NCBI GenBank assembly: GCA_037189525.1
Contig: JBBCJC010000002.1
Coordinates: 288,001 to 352,000, forward strand
Source of the DNA: Gemmatimonadales bacterium
GTDB lineage: Bacteria; Gemmatimonadota; Gemmatimonadetes; Gemmatimonadales; GWC2-71-9
Direction: 5' to 3'
DNA length: 64,000 nt
In this document: positions 30,934 to 39,782 of the stretch, one piece after another
How the letters are laid out: each line of letters starts with the position of its first letter
Position numbering within the stretch: position 1 is the first letter of the stretch
Notes under the pieces: model-generated
The model's database searches: none
Told to the model about the DNA's origin: nothing
Seen by the model: only the letters and a program-made list of their open reading frames with translations
Translations under genes and position numbers: made by a program

Positions 30934-31359
30934 TCAATCGCCCCCTCGCTCGCTACGGACAGGCGCGCCGGGCGACACTGCCACTCGCCACTCGCGCCAC
31001 TCCACCTGCCGTGCCGTGATCACCTCACGCAGCTGTCGCTCCCGCCGGGTCAGTGTTGCGTCGCCGGTTTTGACCTCCACGAAGACGACCCGCTCGAGCT
31101 GGCCGCTCGACAGACCGTCGAACACCACCAGATCAACCGGCGATCCCAGAAACCGGACATCCTTCGGATTGAACTCGAAGCCCGGGAGATAGGGGAGCAG
31201 CTGTTCGGTCACCTTCCCGGTGACCACGGCCTGACTTCGCTGAATCGCGTCGCGCCGGACCTCCCGTTCATGACTGGAGCGTCCCAGCCATAGCAGACCG
31301 AGCCCCAACAGGACCCCGATCGCCAGCCCGACGACCAAACCCAACCCAAGATCTGACAT
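30934..31359 (-). CDS. Holliday-junction-resolvase-like PD-(D/E)xK endonuclease with N-terminal TM
   Basis: GKVTEQLLPY..F.PKDVRFLGSPVDLVVFDG..FVEVKTG..LTRRER. Confidence 0.85.
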   Translation of the reverse strand: MSDLGLGLVVGLAIGVLLGLGLLWLGRSSHEREVRRDAIQRSQAVVTGKVTEQLLPYLPGFEFNPKDVRFLGSPVDLVVFDGLSSGQLERVVFVEVKTGDATLTRRERQLREVITARQVEWREWRVAVSPGAPVRSERGGD

Positions 31360-31459
31360 TCAGTTACCTCTCCAAGGTCTGCGGTCCGCGAAGGGCGGCG
31401 AAATTTCCCTGCAAGAAACCCGCACAAATCCCGAAAAACCACCCTGGCAGCCGTTCCTA

Positions 31460-31516
31460 TTGACAGAGCCTGTCGACTTTCTCATTTTAACTACACGATT
31501 TAACTAGATAGTTAAA
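31460..31516 (+). promoter_or_regulatory. Sigma70-like promoter with TetR-type operator
   Basis: TTGACA at 31460 and CATTTT 17 bp downstream; palindrome TTTAACTA-ga-TAGTTAAA at 31499-31516 plus an upstream half-site. Confidence 0.7.
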
Positions 31517-31522
31517 AACACT

Positions 31523-32128
31523 ATGGAAACAGAAAGCGCTACCCGAGAGCAAATCCTGACTGCCGCCCACACGGTTTTCCTCCGGCGCGGCACCTCGGGC
31601 GCCCGGATGCAGGAAATCGCCAAGGAAGCGGGCGTCAATCAGGCGTTGCTCCACTACTACTTCGGCACCAAGCAGGCGCTGGCCGACGCCGTCTTTCGGG
31701 CCGCGGCTTCCAACCTGCTGCCCGGCGTCTTCGAGGTGGTCGGCTCCGCGCTTCCTCTCGATCAGAAGATCCAAACCGTCGTCGACCGGTATATCGGGTT
31801 CCTGCGAACCCGGCCTTATCTCCCGGGCTACCTGGTCAGTGAACTCCACGCCGACCCCGACCGGGCAGCGCTGCTGTTGCCCCGGCCCGGAGTGGCAGCG
31901 CTTGCTGCGTTACAGCAGCAGCTCGATGCCGGCGCCGAGAACGGCACCCTGCAACCGATCCGCGCCGAGCACTTTCTGATCAACATGGTGTCGATGATCA
32001 TCTTCCCGTTCCTGATCCGGCCCATGCTCGATGTGATCTTCGGGATCAGCAGCGATCAGTTCGACGCCTACCTCACCGAGCGACAACGCAGTCTGCCCGG
32101 TTTCATCCGGAGCGCACTCCGACCATGA
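31523..32128 (+). CDS. TetR/AcrR family regulator
   Basis: ILTAA..F...G..GARMQEIAKEAGVNQALLHYYFGTK. Confidence 0.93.
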   Translation: METESATREQILTAAHTVFLRRGTSGARMQEIAKEAGVNQALLHYYFGTKQALADAVFRAAASNLLPGVFEVVGSALPLDQKIQTVVDRYIGFLRTRPYLPGYLVSELHADPDRAALLLPRPGVAALAALQQQLDAGAENGTLQPIRAEHFLINMVSMIIFPFLIRPMLDVIFGISSDQFDAYLTERQRSLPGFIRSALRP

Positions 32129-33408
32129 TCCTCCTTGCCACGCTCTCCCTGCTGAGCGTCACGGCGGCCGGTCCGGTTCAGGACACGCTCCGCCTGGAGA
32201 CGCTTCACGCCGCCGCGCGCGATCGCGATCCCCGAGCGCGGCAGTTGGACCTGCTGGAGACCCAGACCGCCCTGCGTCTCCGGAACTTGCGCACCGAGCG
32301 CCTGCCGCGACTGACCCTCGCCGGCGAGGGGACGGCGCAATCCGACATCACCCACATTCGGTTGGACGGCTCACCGATTCAACCACCCATACCGCCCAAG
32401 GAACAATGGATGGCCACGATCCAGGCCGACCAGCTGCTCTATGACGGCGGTGTGATCGGCGCGCGCCAGGCGGTGGAACAGGCCAGGCTGGCCGAGTCGA
32501 AGGAATCGGTCCGTACCGCACAGTACCGACTGCGTGACGAGGTGAACACCGCGTTCTTCACCGCCTTTCTGCTGCAGGAACGGGATGCGGAGCTGGCAAC
32601 CGTCGCCGGCGACCTGGAAGGCCGCCTGGTGGTGATCCGGACCCGGCTCCGCGAAGGCGCCGCCGTGGCCGCCGATACCGCATCGCTCGCGGCTGAGCAG
32701 CTCCGGATCAGACAGGCTCGCCTCGAAGCACGGACATCGCGGGATGCCGCCCTGGCGGTGCTCGCCCGCCTTACCGATCGCGACATCAGCGACTCGGCCG
32801 TTCTGGTCCTTCCCGAGTTGGCCGGAACGACCGCCAGCACGGCCGCGCGGGATGCGGTCCAGGAACGTCCCGAGTTTGCGCAGTTCACCCGGACCCGAGA
32901 CCGAATTACCAGCGAAGCGGCAGTGCTCGATGCGGAGCGCCGGCCGCGCATCGTCGCGTTCGGTACCGGCGGCTACGGCCATCCGGGCCTCAATCAGTTC
33001 AGCCCCGATGCCGACGCGTTCTGGCGAGCAGGCGTCCGATTCGAATGGCGCCCCTGGAACTGGGGCACGACCGCCCGTCAAAAGGACGTCCTCGAGCTGC
33101 AGCGCAACATCGTCGAAACCGAGCGGGCCGCCTTTGCCCGAAGCCTGGATCGCGCGGTCCAGCACGATCTGGCCACGATGACCCGGCTCGAAGCGACCCT
33201 GCAGGCCGATCAGCAGATCGTCGCGCTGCAGGAGCAGGTCGAACAGCGGGCCCGGATTCAGCTGGACGAAGGCGTCATCACCGCCGTCGACTATATCGAC
33301 GCCCGCAGCAATGTCCTGCAAGCCCGACTTGCTGCGCAGCGGCACCGCGTCGAACTGGCGCAGGCCCGTGCTCGTTATCTGACCACCCTTGGCATCGAAA
33401 CCCGGTGA
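32125..33408 (+). CDS. TolC-family outer-membrane efflux protein
   Basis: Signal peptide, LPRLTL, QLLYDGG, helical repeats; operon context. Confidence 0.85.
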   Translation: MILLATLSLLSVTAAGPVQDTLRLETLHAAARDRDPRARQLDLLETQTALRLRNLRTERLPRLTLAGEGTAQSDITHIRLDGSPIQPPIPPKEQWMATIQADQLLYDGGVIGARQAVEQARLAESKESVRTAQYRLRDEVNTAFFTAFLLQERDAELATVAGDLEGRLVVIRTRLREGAAVAADTASLAAEQLRIRQARLEARTSRDAALAVLARLTDRDISDSAVLVLPELAGTTASTAARDAVQERPEFAQFTRTRDRITSEAAVLDAERRPRIVAFGTGGYGHPGLNQFSPDADAFWRAGVRFEWRPWNWGTTARQKDVLELQRNIVETERAAFARSLDRAVQHDLATMTRLEATLQADQQIVALQEQVEQRARIQLDEGVITAVDYIDARSNVLQARLAAQRHRVELAQARARYLTTLGIETR

Positions 33409-33413
33409 CCGCC

Positions 33414-34331
33414 ATGAACCCTCTCCAGGCTACGACGCTCGTTCTGTCCACCGTACTGGTCCTTGCCAGTTGCCGGTCGGACCAGCCCGATGCGTACGGC
33501 ACCTTCGAAGCCGACGAAGTCGTCGTTGCATCCGAAGCAACCGGTCGGCTGCTGCGCTTCGACGTGCGCGAAGGCGATCAGCTTACCCCCGGCGCCTCGC
33601 TCGGCCAGGTGGACACGGTGCCCCTTTCGCTCGAACGGCGGGAACTGACGGCTCGGCTCGCGGCAGCCCGATCCCGGACCACCGAGGTCGGGGCACAGAT
33701 CACCCTGCTGTCGTCGCAACAAAGCGTTGCGGAGCGTGAACTGGCGCGCACCAGGCGGCTGGCCGCAGCCCAGGCCGCCACGGCCCAGCAGCTCGATCGC
33801 GCCGAGCGCGACTATCGGACGCTCACCGACCAGATCGCGGCGACCCGCACCTCCTTCGGCACCACTCGAGGGGAGATCGACGCGATCGAAGCCCGGGTGG
33901 CGATCCTAGACGATCGGATCAGCCGGAGCACCGTCTCGAGCCCGATCGACGGCACTGTCCTGACCACCTATGCCGAGCCGGGTGAAACGGTGCAGGCCGG
34001 CCAGCCGCTCTACAAGGTGGCCCGTCTCGACACCCTGACGCTCCGCGCCTTCGTCAGCGGCGACCAGCTCGCTGCCGTGCGCTTAGGCGAAACCGTGTCG
34101 GTCCGGTTCGACCATGGCCAGCAATCGCTGAGCGAACGGGCGGGCCAGGTCACCTGGATTTCGCCACGCGCCGAGTTCACGCCGACACCGATTCAGACGC
34201 GGCGGGAACGGGTCGATCTCGTCTACGCGGTCAAAGTCCGCGTCCCCAATCCCGATGGCAGCCTCAAGATCGGGATGCCCGGCGAGTTGGTCCTCCCCGG
34301 CGTCGTGGCCGCGACAAACCCCGATCGGTAA
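33414..34331 (+). CDS. HlyD/YbhG-like efflux membrane-fusion lipoprotein
   Basis: Lipobox LASC; SPIDGTV..GE.V..G.P; ISPRAEFTP..IQT; LKIGMPG. Confidence 0.9.
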   Translation: MNPLQATTLVLSTVLVLASCRSDQPDAYGTFEADEVVVASEATGRLLRFDVREGDQLTPGASLGQVDTVPLSLERRELTARLAAARSRTTEVGAQITLLSSQQSVAERELARTRRLAAAQAATAQQLDRAERDYRTLTDQIAATRTSFGTTRGEIDAIEARVAILDDRISRSTVSSPIDGTVLTTYAEPGETVQAGQPLYKVARLDTLTLRAFVSGDQLAAVRLGETVSVRFDHGQQSLSERAGQVTWISPRAEFTPTPIQTRRERVDLVYAVKVRVPNPDGSLKIGMPGELVLPGVVAATNPDR

Positions 34332-35293
34332 TGGCTGCGCCGACCCGTTCCGACGGCCCGGCCGTCGAGATTCGCGACCTGGTGAAGCGCTACGGCCAGT
34401 ACACCGCCGTGCGCGACGTGAGTGTGTCGGTCGAACCCGGCGAGCTGTTCGGCTTCATCGGTCCCGATGGTGCCGGTAAGACGACGCTCTTCCGAATCCT
34501 CGCGACCTTGCTCGTGCCGGACGCCGGATCGGCCCGTGTGCTGGGACTCGATGTGGTCGACGACCTCTGGGCCTTGCGCCGCCGGATCGGCTATATGCCG
34601 GGACGGTTCTCGCTCTACCCCGATCTGACGGTCGAAGAGAATCTCGACTTCTTTGCCGCGGTGTTCGGAACGACGGTCGCTGCGCAATATGAGGCCATCG
34701 CGCCGATCTACCGGCAGATCGAACCTTTCCGCACCAGGCGGGCGGGCGCGCTGTCGGGCGGGATGAAGCAGAAGCTTGCGCTCTCCTGCGCGCTGGTGCA
34801 TCGGCCCGATATCCTACTCCTCGACGAACCGACCACCGGCGTCGACGCCGTGTCCCGCCGCGAGTTCTGGGACTTGCTCGATGACCTCAAAGCCTCGGGC
34901 ATGACCATCGTCGTCTCGACCCCGTACATGGACGAGGCCGATCGCTGCGACCGGGTCGCGCTGATCCAGAAGGGGCGGATCCTGATGGTCGAAGCCCCCG
35001 GTAGGATCGGCGCACAGTATCCCCTGCCCCTCCTGGCCATTCGTGATCCGCGGCGCGTCCCGCTCATCGATGCCCTGCGAGAATTTCCGCACGTGCGCAG
35101 CGTCTACCCCTTCGGCGAGGAACTGCACTACACCGATGCGCGTCCCGATGCTCCGGCCGATCAAATCCATGCGGAGCTTACGGAATACCTGTCGGGCCGC
35201 GGACTCGATGGTGTCGCCATCGAAGCCATTCCGGCCGGGATCGAAGACAGCTTCATGGAACTGATGGGCGAACCCGAAGGGGTGGCGCCATGA
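34331..35293 (+). CDS. ABC transporter ATP-binding protein
   Basis: GPDGAGKTT, LSGGMKQK, LLLDEPTTG. Confidence 0.93.
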   Translation: MAAPTRSDGPAVEIRDLVKRYGQYTAVRDVSVSVEPGELFGFIGPDGAGKTTLFRILATLLVPDAGSARVLGLDVVDDLWALRRRIGYMPGRFSLYPDLTVEENLDFFAAVFGTTVAAQYEAIAPIYRQIEPFRTRRAGALSGGMKQKLALSCALVHRPDILLLDEPTTGVDAVSRREFWDLLDDLKASGMTIVVSTPYMDEADRCDRVALIQKGRILMVEAPGRIGAQYPLPLLAIRDPRRVPLIDALREFPHVRSVYPFGEELHYTDARPDAPADQIHAELTEYLSGRGLDGVAIEAIPAGIEDSFMELMGEPEGVAP

Positions 35294-36030
35294 CCTCGCC
35301 GGCGATCGAGACGGTCGATCTGACCCGGAAGTTCGGCAGCTTCACCGCCGTCGACGCCATTTCGTTCTCGGTGGGCCGAGGCGAGGTGTTCGGGTTTCTG
35401 GGCGCCAACGGAGCCGGCAAAACCACGGCGATCCGGATGTTGATCGGCCTGCTCGCACCGACCTCGGGCCAGGCACGGGTGGCCGGGTTCGACGTCTACA
35501 AGGAAACCGAGCAGATCCGGCGCAGTATCGGATACATGAGCCAGCGCTTCTCGCTCTACGAAGACCTGACCGTCCGCGAGAACATCCAGTTGTACGGCGG
35601 CATCTACGGACTCTCGGACGCCGTGATCCGCGAGCGGTCCGAGGAGATGCTCACGACCCTGGAGCTCGGTCACGCCGCCCGCGAGTTGGTCGGCGCCATT
35701 CCGCTGGGCTGGAAACAGAAGCTGGCCTTCTCGGTCGCGCTGCTCCATCGGCCGCAGATCGTGTTCCTCGACGAGCCCACCGGCGGCGTGGATCCGATTA
35801 CTCGGCGGCAGTTCTGGCAGTCGATCTATCAGACAGCGGCAGCCGGCACGACCGTGCTGGTCACCACGCATTACATGGACGAGGCCGAGTACTGCGATCG
35901 GATCTCGATCATGGTGGACGGCCGGATCGGCGCGATGGGCAGGCCGGCCGACTTGAAGCATGAGTTTGGGGTCGGCTCGGTCGACGAACTGTTCGTGCGC
36001 CTGGCGCGGCCAACGGAGAGCACGGTATGA
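35290..36030 (+). CDS. ABC transporter ATP-binding protein
   Basis: GANGAGKTT, PLGWKQKL, FLDEPTGG. Confidence 0.93.
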   Translation: MTSPAIETVDLTRKFGSFTAVDAISFSVGRGEVFGFLGANGAGKTTAIRMLIGLLAPTSGQARVAGFDVYKETEQIRRSIGYMSQRFSLYEDLTVRENIQLYGGIYGLSDAVIRERSEEMLTTLELGHAARELVGAIPLGWKQKLAFSVALLHRPQIVFLDEPTGGVDPITRRQFWQSIYQTAAAGTTVLVTTHYMDEAEYCDRISIMVDGRIGAMGRPADLKHEFGVGSVDELFVRLARPTESTV

Positions 36031-37130
36031 GCGCGCTGCGTGGCTTCGTCCGAAAAGAAACCTGGCATCTGCTTCGCGATCGCCAGACGCTCGGCATTCT
36101 GATTTTGATGCCGTTGATCCAGGTTCTGCTCTTCGGTTTTGCGGTGCGCACGGAAGTCGACAACATTCGCCTCGCCATCGTCGACCCGACGCCGGACTAT
36201 CGGAGCGTAGAACTCCGAAGCCGCTTTGGCGCCACGTCGAACTTTCGGATCGTCGGAGCCGTCGGCAGCACTGCCGAGCTGCAGCCGCTGTTCGAGAGCG
36301 GACAGGTTCGCCAGGCAGTGGTCTTCGAACCGAGGTTTGCGGAACGGATCGGCCGCGGCGAGGCGGTTGCTATTCAACTCATCACCGACGCCACCGATCC
36401 GAATACCGGTAGCATCATGCAAGCGTACGCGATGTCGGTGATTCGCCAATACGAGGCCGAGCTGGCTCGGACGGCGCCGCGCGTGCGGATCGTGCCGCAG
36501 GTTCAGATGCGGTTCAACCCGACGCTCGAGAGCGTCAACCTCTTCGTGCCCGGCCTGATTGCCTTCGTGCTAACGCTCACCTCGGCGCTGATGACGGCCA
36601 TCTCGATCACACGCGAGAAAGAGATGGGCACCATGGAAGTGCTGCTCGTCTCGCCGCTCCGTCCCTGGCAGATCGTGGTGGGCAAGGTGATCCCGTACAT
36701 CGCGCTCGGTTTCGGGAATGTTCTGCTCGTACTGACGGCGGCTCGGGTGGTCTTCGGCGTTCCGATCAATGGCAACCCCGCGCTGCTTCTGGCGGAGAGC
36801 CTGCTCTATATCGTGGTCGCCCTCGCGCTCGGTGTGCTGATCTCGACCGTGGCGCCCTCGCAGCGGGTGGCCATGATGGCGGCGCTGGCCGGGTTGATGC
36901 TGCCGACCATGATGCTCTCGGGATTCATCTTCCCGATCGAGAGCATGCCGGCACCGCTCCGTGCGCTCTCCAACATCGTTCCGGCGCGCTGGTTCGTCAT
37001 CGTCGTGCGCGGCATCATGATCAAGGGCATCGGCATCGAACATCTCTGGCGCGAAACGCTCGTCCTCGTCGGCATGGCCACCACGCTGCTGACCTTGAGC
37101 GCCCGGCGGCTCGCCGTCCGGCTGGGATAA
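36027..37130 (+). CDS. ABC-2 type permease (YbhS-like)
   Basis: FVPGLI..SITREKEMGTME.LLVSPL..LSGFIFPI. Confidence 0.9.
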   Translation: MSALRGFVRKETWHLLRDRQTLGILILMPLIQVLLFGFAVRTEVDNIRLAIVDPTPDYRSVELRSRFGATSNFRIVGAVGSTAELQPLFESGQVRQAVVFEPRFAERIGRGEAVAIQLITDATDPNTGSIMQAYAMSVIRQYEAELARTAPRVRIVPQVQMRFNPTLESVNLFVPGLIAFVLTLTSALMTAISITREKEMGTMEVLLVSPLRPWQIVVGKVIPYIALGFGNVLLVLTAARVVFGVPINGNPALLLAESLLYIVVALALGVLISTVAPSQRVAMMAALAGLMLPTMMLSGFIFPIESMPAPLRALSNIVPARWFVIVVRGIMIKGIGIEHLWRETLVLVGMATTLLTLSARRLAVRLG

Positions 37131-37133
37131 CCC

Positions 37134-38276
37134 ATGCGCACCCTGCTCTTCCTGATTCGGAAAGAATACCTCCAGATTTTCCGCGATCGGGCCACGGTCT
37201 TCCAGATCTTCTTCATTCCGATCGTGCAGCTCCTGCTGCTCTCGAACGCGGCGACCTTCGGAATCACCAACGCGCGGATGCACGTCGTCGATCTCGACCG
37301 GAGCACGATGTCACGTGGTCTGGTGGAGCACCTCGTTGCATCGGGCCGGTTCGTGGTATCGTCGGCGGTGCCGTCGCAGGAGGCCGCCAATCAGAGCCTG
37401 CTCGATCGCGAGGCCACCGTGATCCTGACCATTCCGTCCCGCTTCGAGCGCGACCTGGTCCGCCAGGGCACCGCCCCGGTGCAGCTCGTTCTCAACGCGG
37501 AGGAGGGAGCGGCCGCGGGGATCGTTCAGGCCTATGCGCTGCAGATCATCGGCGACTATGGTCGCCAGCTTGGCATCGAACTGCGCCCCCAAACGGACCC
37601 GCGGATCGATCCGGCCCCGAGGGCGGCCACGGCGGCGTTCGACGTTCGTGCCCGCAGCTGGTTCAACCCGACGCTCAACTACAAGCACTACATGGTGCCG
37701 GGCATCCTCGTCTCCCTCGTCACGATCATCGGGATGCTGCTCACCGCGCAGAACATTGCCCGGGAAAAGGAGGCCGGCACGCTCGAGCAGCTCAATGTCA
37801 CCCCGATCACCAAGGGGCAGTTCATCGCGGGAAAGCTGCTGCCCTTCTGGCTGCTGGCGCTGGTGATGTTCAGCCTCGGTCTGATCGCCGGTAAGCTGGC
37901 GTTCGGAATTCCGATGCGCGGCAACCTGCTGCTCGTCTTCTTCTCGGCGGCGGTATATCTGACCGTGGCCCTGGGGACCGGCCTCTGGATCGCCACCATC
38001 GCGTCGACCCAGCAGCAGACCATGTTCGTCTCGTTCTTTGTGCTGGTGATTTACCTGCTGATGAGCGGTCTCTTCACACCGATCGACAGCATGCCCACCT
38101 GGGCGCAGTGGATGGCCGAGCTGAATCCGGTCAAGCATTTCGTGGTCATCATGCGTGCCGTGCTGGTGCGAGGCGCCGATCTGAGCGGTATCGCCGTACC
38201 GCTCGGCGCGCTGGCGACGCTCGGCCTGCTGGTGTTGACGGCTGCAGTCCGCCAGTATTCCAAGACTCACGGCTGA
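37134..38276 (+). CDS. ABC-2 type permease (YbhR-like)
   Basis: MVPGIL..IAREKEAGTLEQLNVTPI..MSGLFTPI. Confidence 0.9.
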   Translation: MRTLLFLIRKEYLQIFRDRATVFQIFFIPIVQLLLLSNAATFGITNARMHVVDLDRSTMSRGLVEHLVASGRFVVSSAVPSQEAANQSLLDREATVILTIPSRFERDLVRQGTAPVQLVLNAEEGAAAGIVQAYALQIIGDYGRQLGIELRPQTDPRIDPAPRAATAAFDVRARSWFNPTLNYKHYMVPGILVSLVTIIGMLLTAQNIAREKEAGTLEQLNVTPITKGQFIAGKLLPFWLLALVMFSLGLIAGKLAFGIPMRGNLLLVFFSAAVYLTVALGTGLWIATIASTQQQTMFVSFFVLVIYLLMSGLFTPIDSMPTWAQWMAELNPVKHFVVIMRAVLVRGADLSGIAVPLGALATLGLLVLTAAVRQYSKTHG

Positions 38277-38291
38277 CCTATCAGACCGCGC

Positions 38292-38343
38292 ATGCTCCGC
38301 GTCCTGATTGCCCTATGCCTGGCTGGCCCCCTGGCGGCGTCAA
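38292..38343 (+). pseudogene. 5' stub (signal peptide only) of a DUF885 gene homologous to 52420
   Basis: MLRVLIALCLAGPL versus MIRVLLAFCIAAPL; same position directly after a ...QYSKTHG permease end. Confidence 0.7.
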
Positions 38344-38592
38344 CGGCGCGATCTACTAGTTGGCGCGCTCAATCAGGCCGGGTTCCAATGCAAGCCACCG
38401 CAAGGCGCGCACCATATCCTGGCGGATTTACGGCAATCCGCCGAGTGGCTGACTATCGAGGGCGGCGTGGCGACGGTGCCGGGCACCAGCTTCTTTTCCG
38501 ATTCCCAGATGGGGCGGGACTACACACGATTCGCGTTCTGTAGGACGGAGGATCCGCTGCACGCGGCGGTGGAGCGGCGGCGGCGGTTGTAA
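38344..38592 (+). pseudogene. Degenerate copy of the aminotransferase 3' end
   Basis: RRDLLVGALNQAGF..PQGA..ILAD..WLTIEGGVATVPGTSFFSD..RFAFC matches 27862-28134, with a small internal deletion. Confidence 0.9.
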
Positions 38593-39044
38593 AGCCTGGC
38601 TGCGAGCCACCGACCGGAGCAGCTGAGGTGGCGGACAGTCCCGTTCGCGATTGGTCACCTAAGGCCAGTTGTTCGTCCGGCTGCGTTCATGTGAGCTTCC
38701 ACATGATCCGCATAAGTTGCGTATCTACAACATGTTACAGGATGACAGAACCTGGCTCATAACTTGAGATAGCATCACGCCAACCCCTTCCGGCGAGGCT
38801 ACGGGCAATGCATGCACCCTTCATCGTTGGGGCGATCGGGGGGGCGATCAGCTCTTCCTCCTTCAAGAGCACTCCCCAGTTGCAGCAGACCACGTCGTCC
38901 GATACCTGGTCCTGCAGTCCACCTCGGGGCCGCCAACTAATGTCATCGAACGAACGGCAGCAGTTGCTCAACCGACTGCTACCCGTTCACGTCGTCCTGA
39001 TGCTAGCATGCATTGAATGTCTACAAGCTTTGCGAGATATGTAG

Positions 39045-39761
39045 ATGGGAAACGCTGGCACCGCACAAGTATACATCCGGAACGGCATCTATTTCGTGAC
39101 GATCGACGGTGAGGGCATCGTTATGGACCTTCCGGGTGATCGGTACTATGGCCTTAGTGAGTTCGGTGCTATGGTCTGGCAAGCGATTGAACAAGGTCAC
39201 ACGGCTGCTGTGCCATTCCCTGAAAACCAATTTGCCCAGCAAGTGGACGAATGGGTACGGCTCGGCTTGATGACATTTCACGATCGGCCCCAAGTAGAGA
39301 TACCTATACGAAAGGAAGCCGGTACGCCTGCCATTAAGGCGTTTGATGATACTGTAGCACTGCAAGCCTCCTTTTCATGGACAGTGCTATGTCGCCTGTT
39401 TCTCTCTACGTGGCGGGTCAACCGAATACTCCGTCATCAAGGGATATGCGTTGCGTTGAAGCAAATTCAAGAGATTGCCATCGTCGACGAACTTAAAACG
39501 GACCATTGCGAACGACAACTTGGCAAGATCATCCGTACCTATCGCCTAGGGCGGCGCGTACTTAGCCAAGGTCAGGAAGATTGCTTGCCCCGCTCGCTGG
39601 CCCTGGCATATGTCCTCCGTCATGCTGGCATCGAAGCCGAAGTGTGCTTCGGAGTACGGCAGTTCCCGTTCTATGCGCATGCGTGGGTGGAAGCTAATGG
39701 AAGAGTTCTTAACGATGAGATCACAACGATCGGCTCCTACGCGGTTCTAGCACGATTCTGA
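39045..39761 (+). CDS. Lasso peptide maturation protein B (fused RRE/PqqD-like domain + transglutaminase-like Cys peptidase)
   Basis: N-terminal DGEGIVMDLPGDRYYGLSEFGAMVW (RRE); C-terminal CLPRSLAL..FGVR..PFYAHAWVE..VLND (Cys/His/Asp). Confidence 0.93.
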   Translation: MGNAGTAQVYIRNGIYFVTIDGEGIVMDLPGDRYYGLSEFGAMVWQAIEQGHTAAVPFPENQFAQQVDEWVRLGLMTFHDRPQVEIPIRKEAGTPAIKAFDDTVALQASFSWTVLCRLFLSTWRVNRILRHQGICVALKQIQEIAIVDELKTDHCERQLGKIIRTYRLGRRVLSQGQEDCLPRSLALAYVLRHAGIEAEVCFGVRQFPFYAHAWVEANGRVLNDEITTIGSYAVLARF

Positions 39762-39782
39762 CAGCCTCACTAGGAGTAACGC

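Noticed and set aside
31523..38276. Efflux operon as the lasso exporter
   Set aside because: It has host-like GC and its own TetR control, and is separated from the cluster by pseudogene scars.
38808..39044. 78-aa ORF directly upstream of B as an alternative precursor or ACP
   Set aside because: No Thr(-2)/Asp-Glu ring pattern and no DSL-type phosphopantetheine motif; coding status unsupported.
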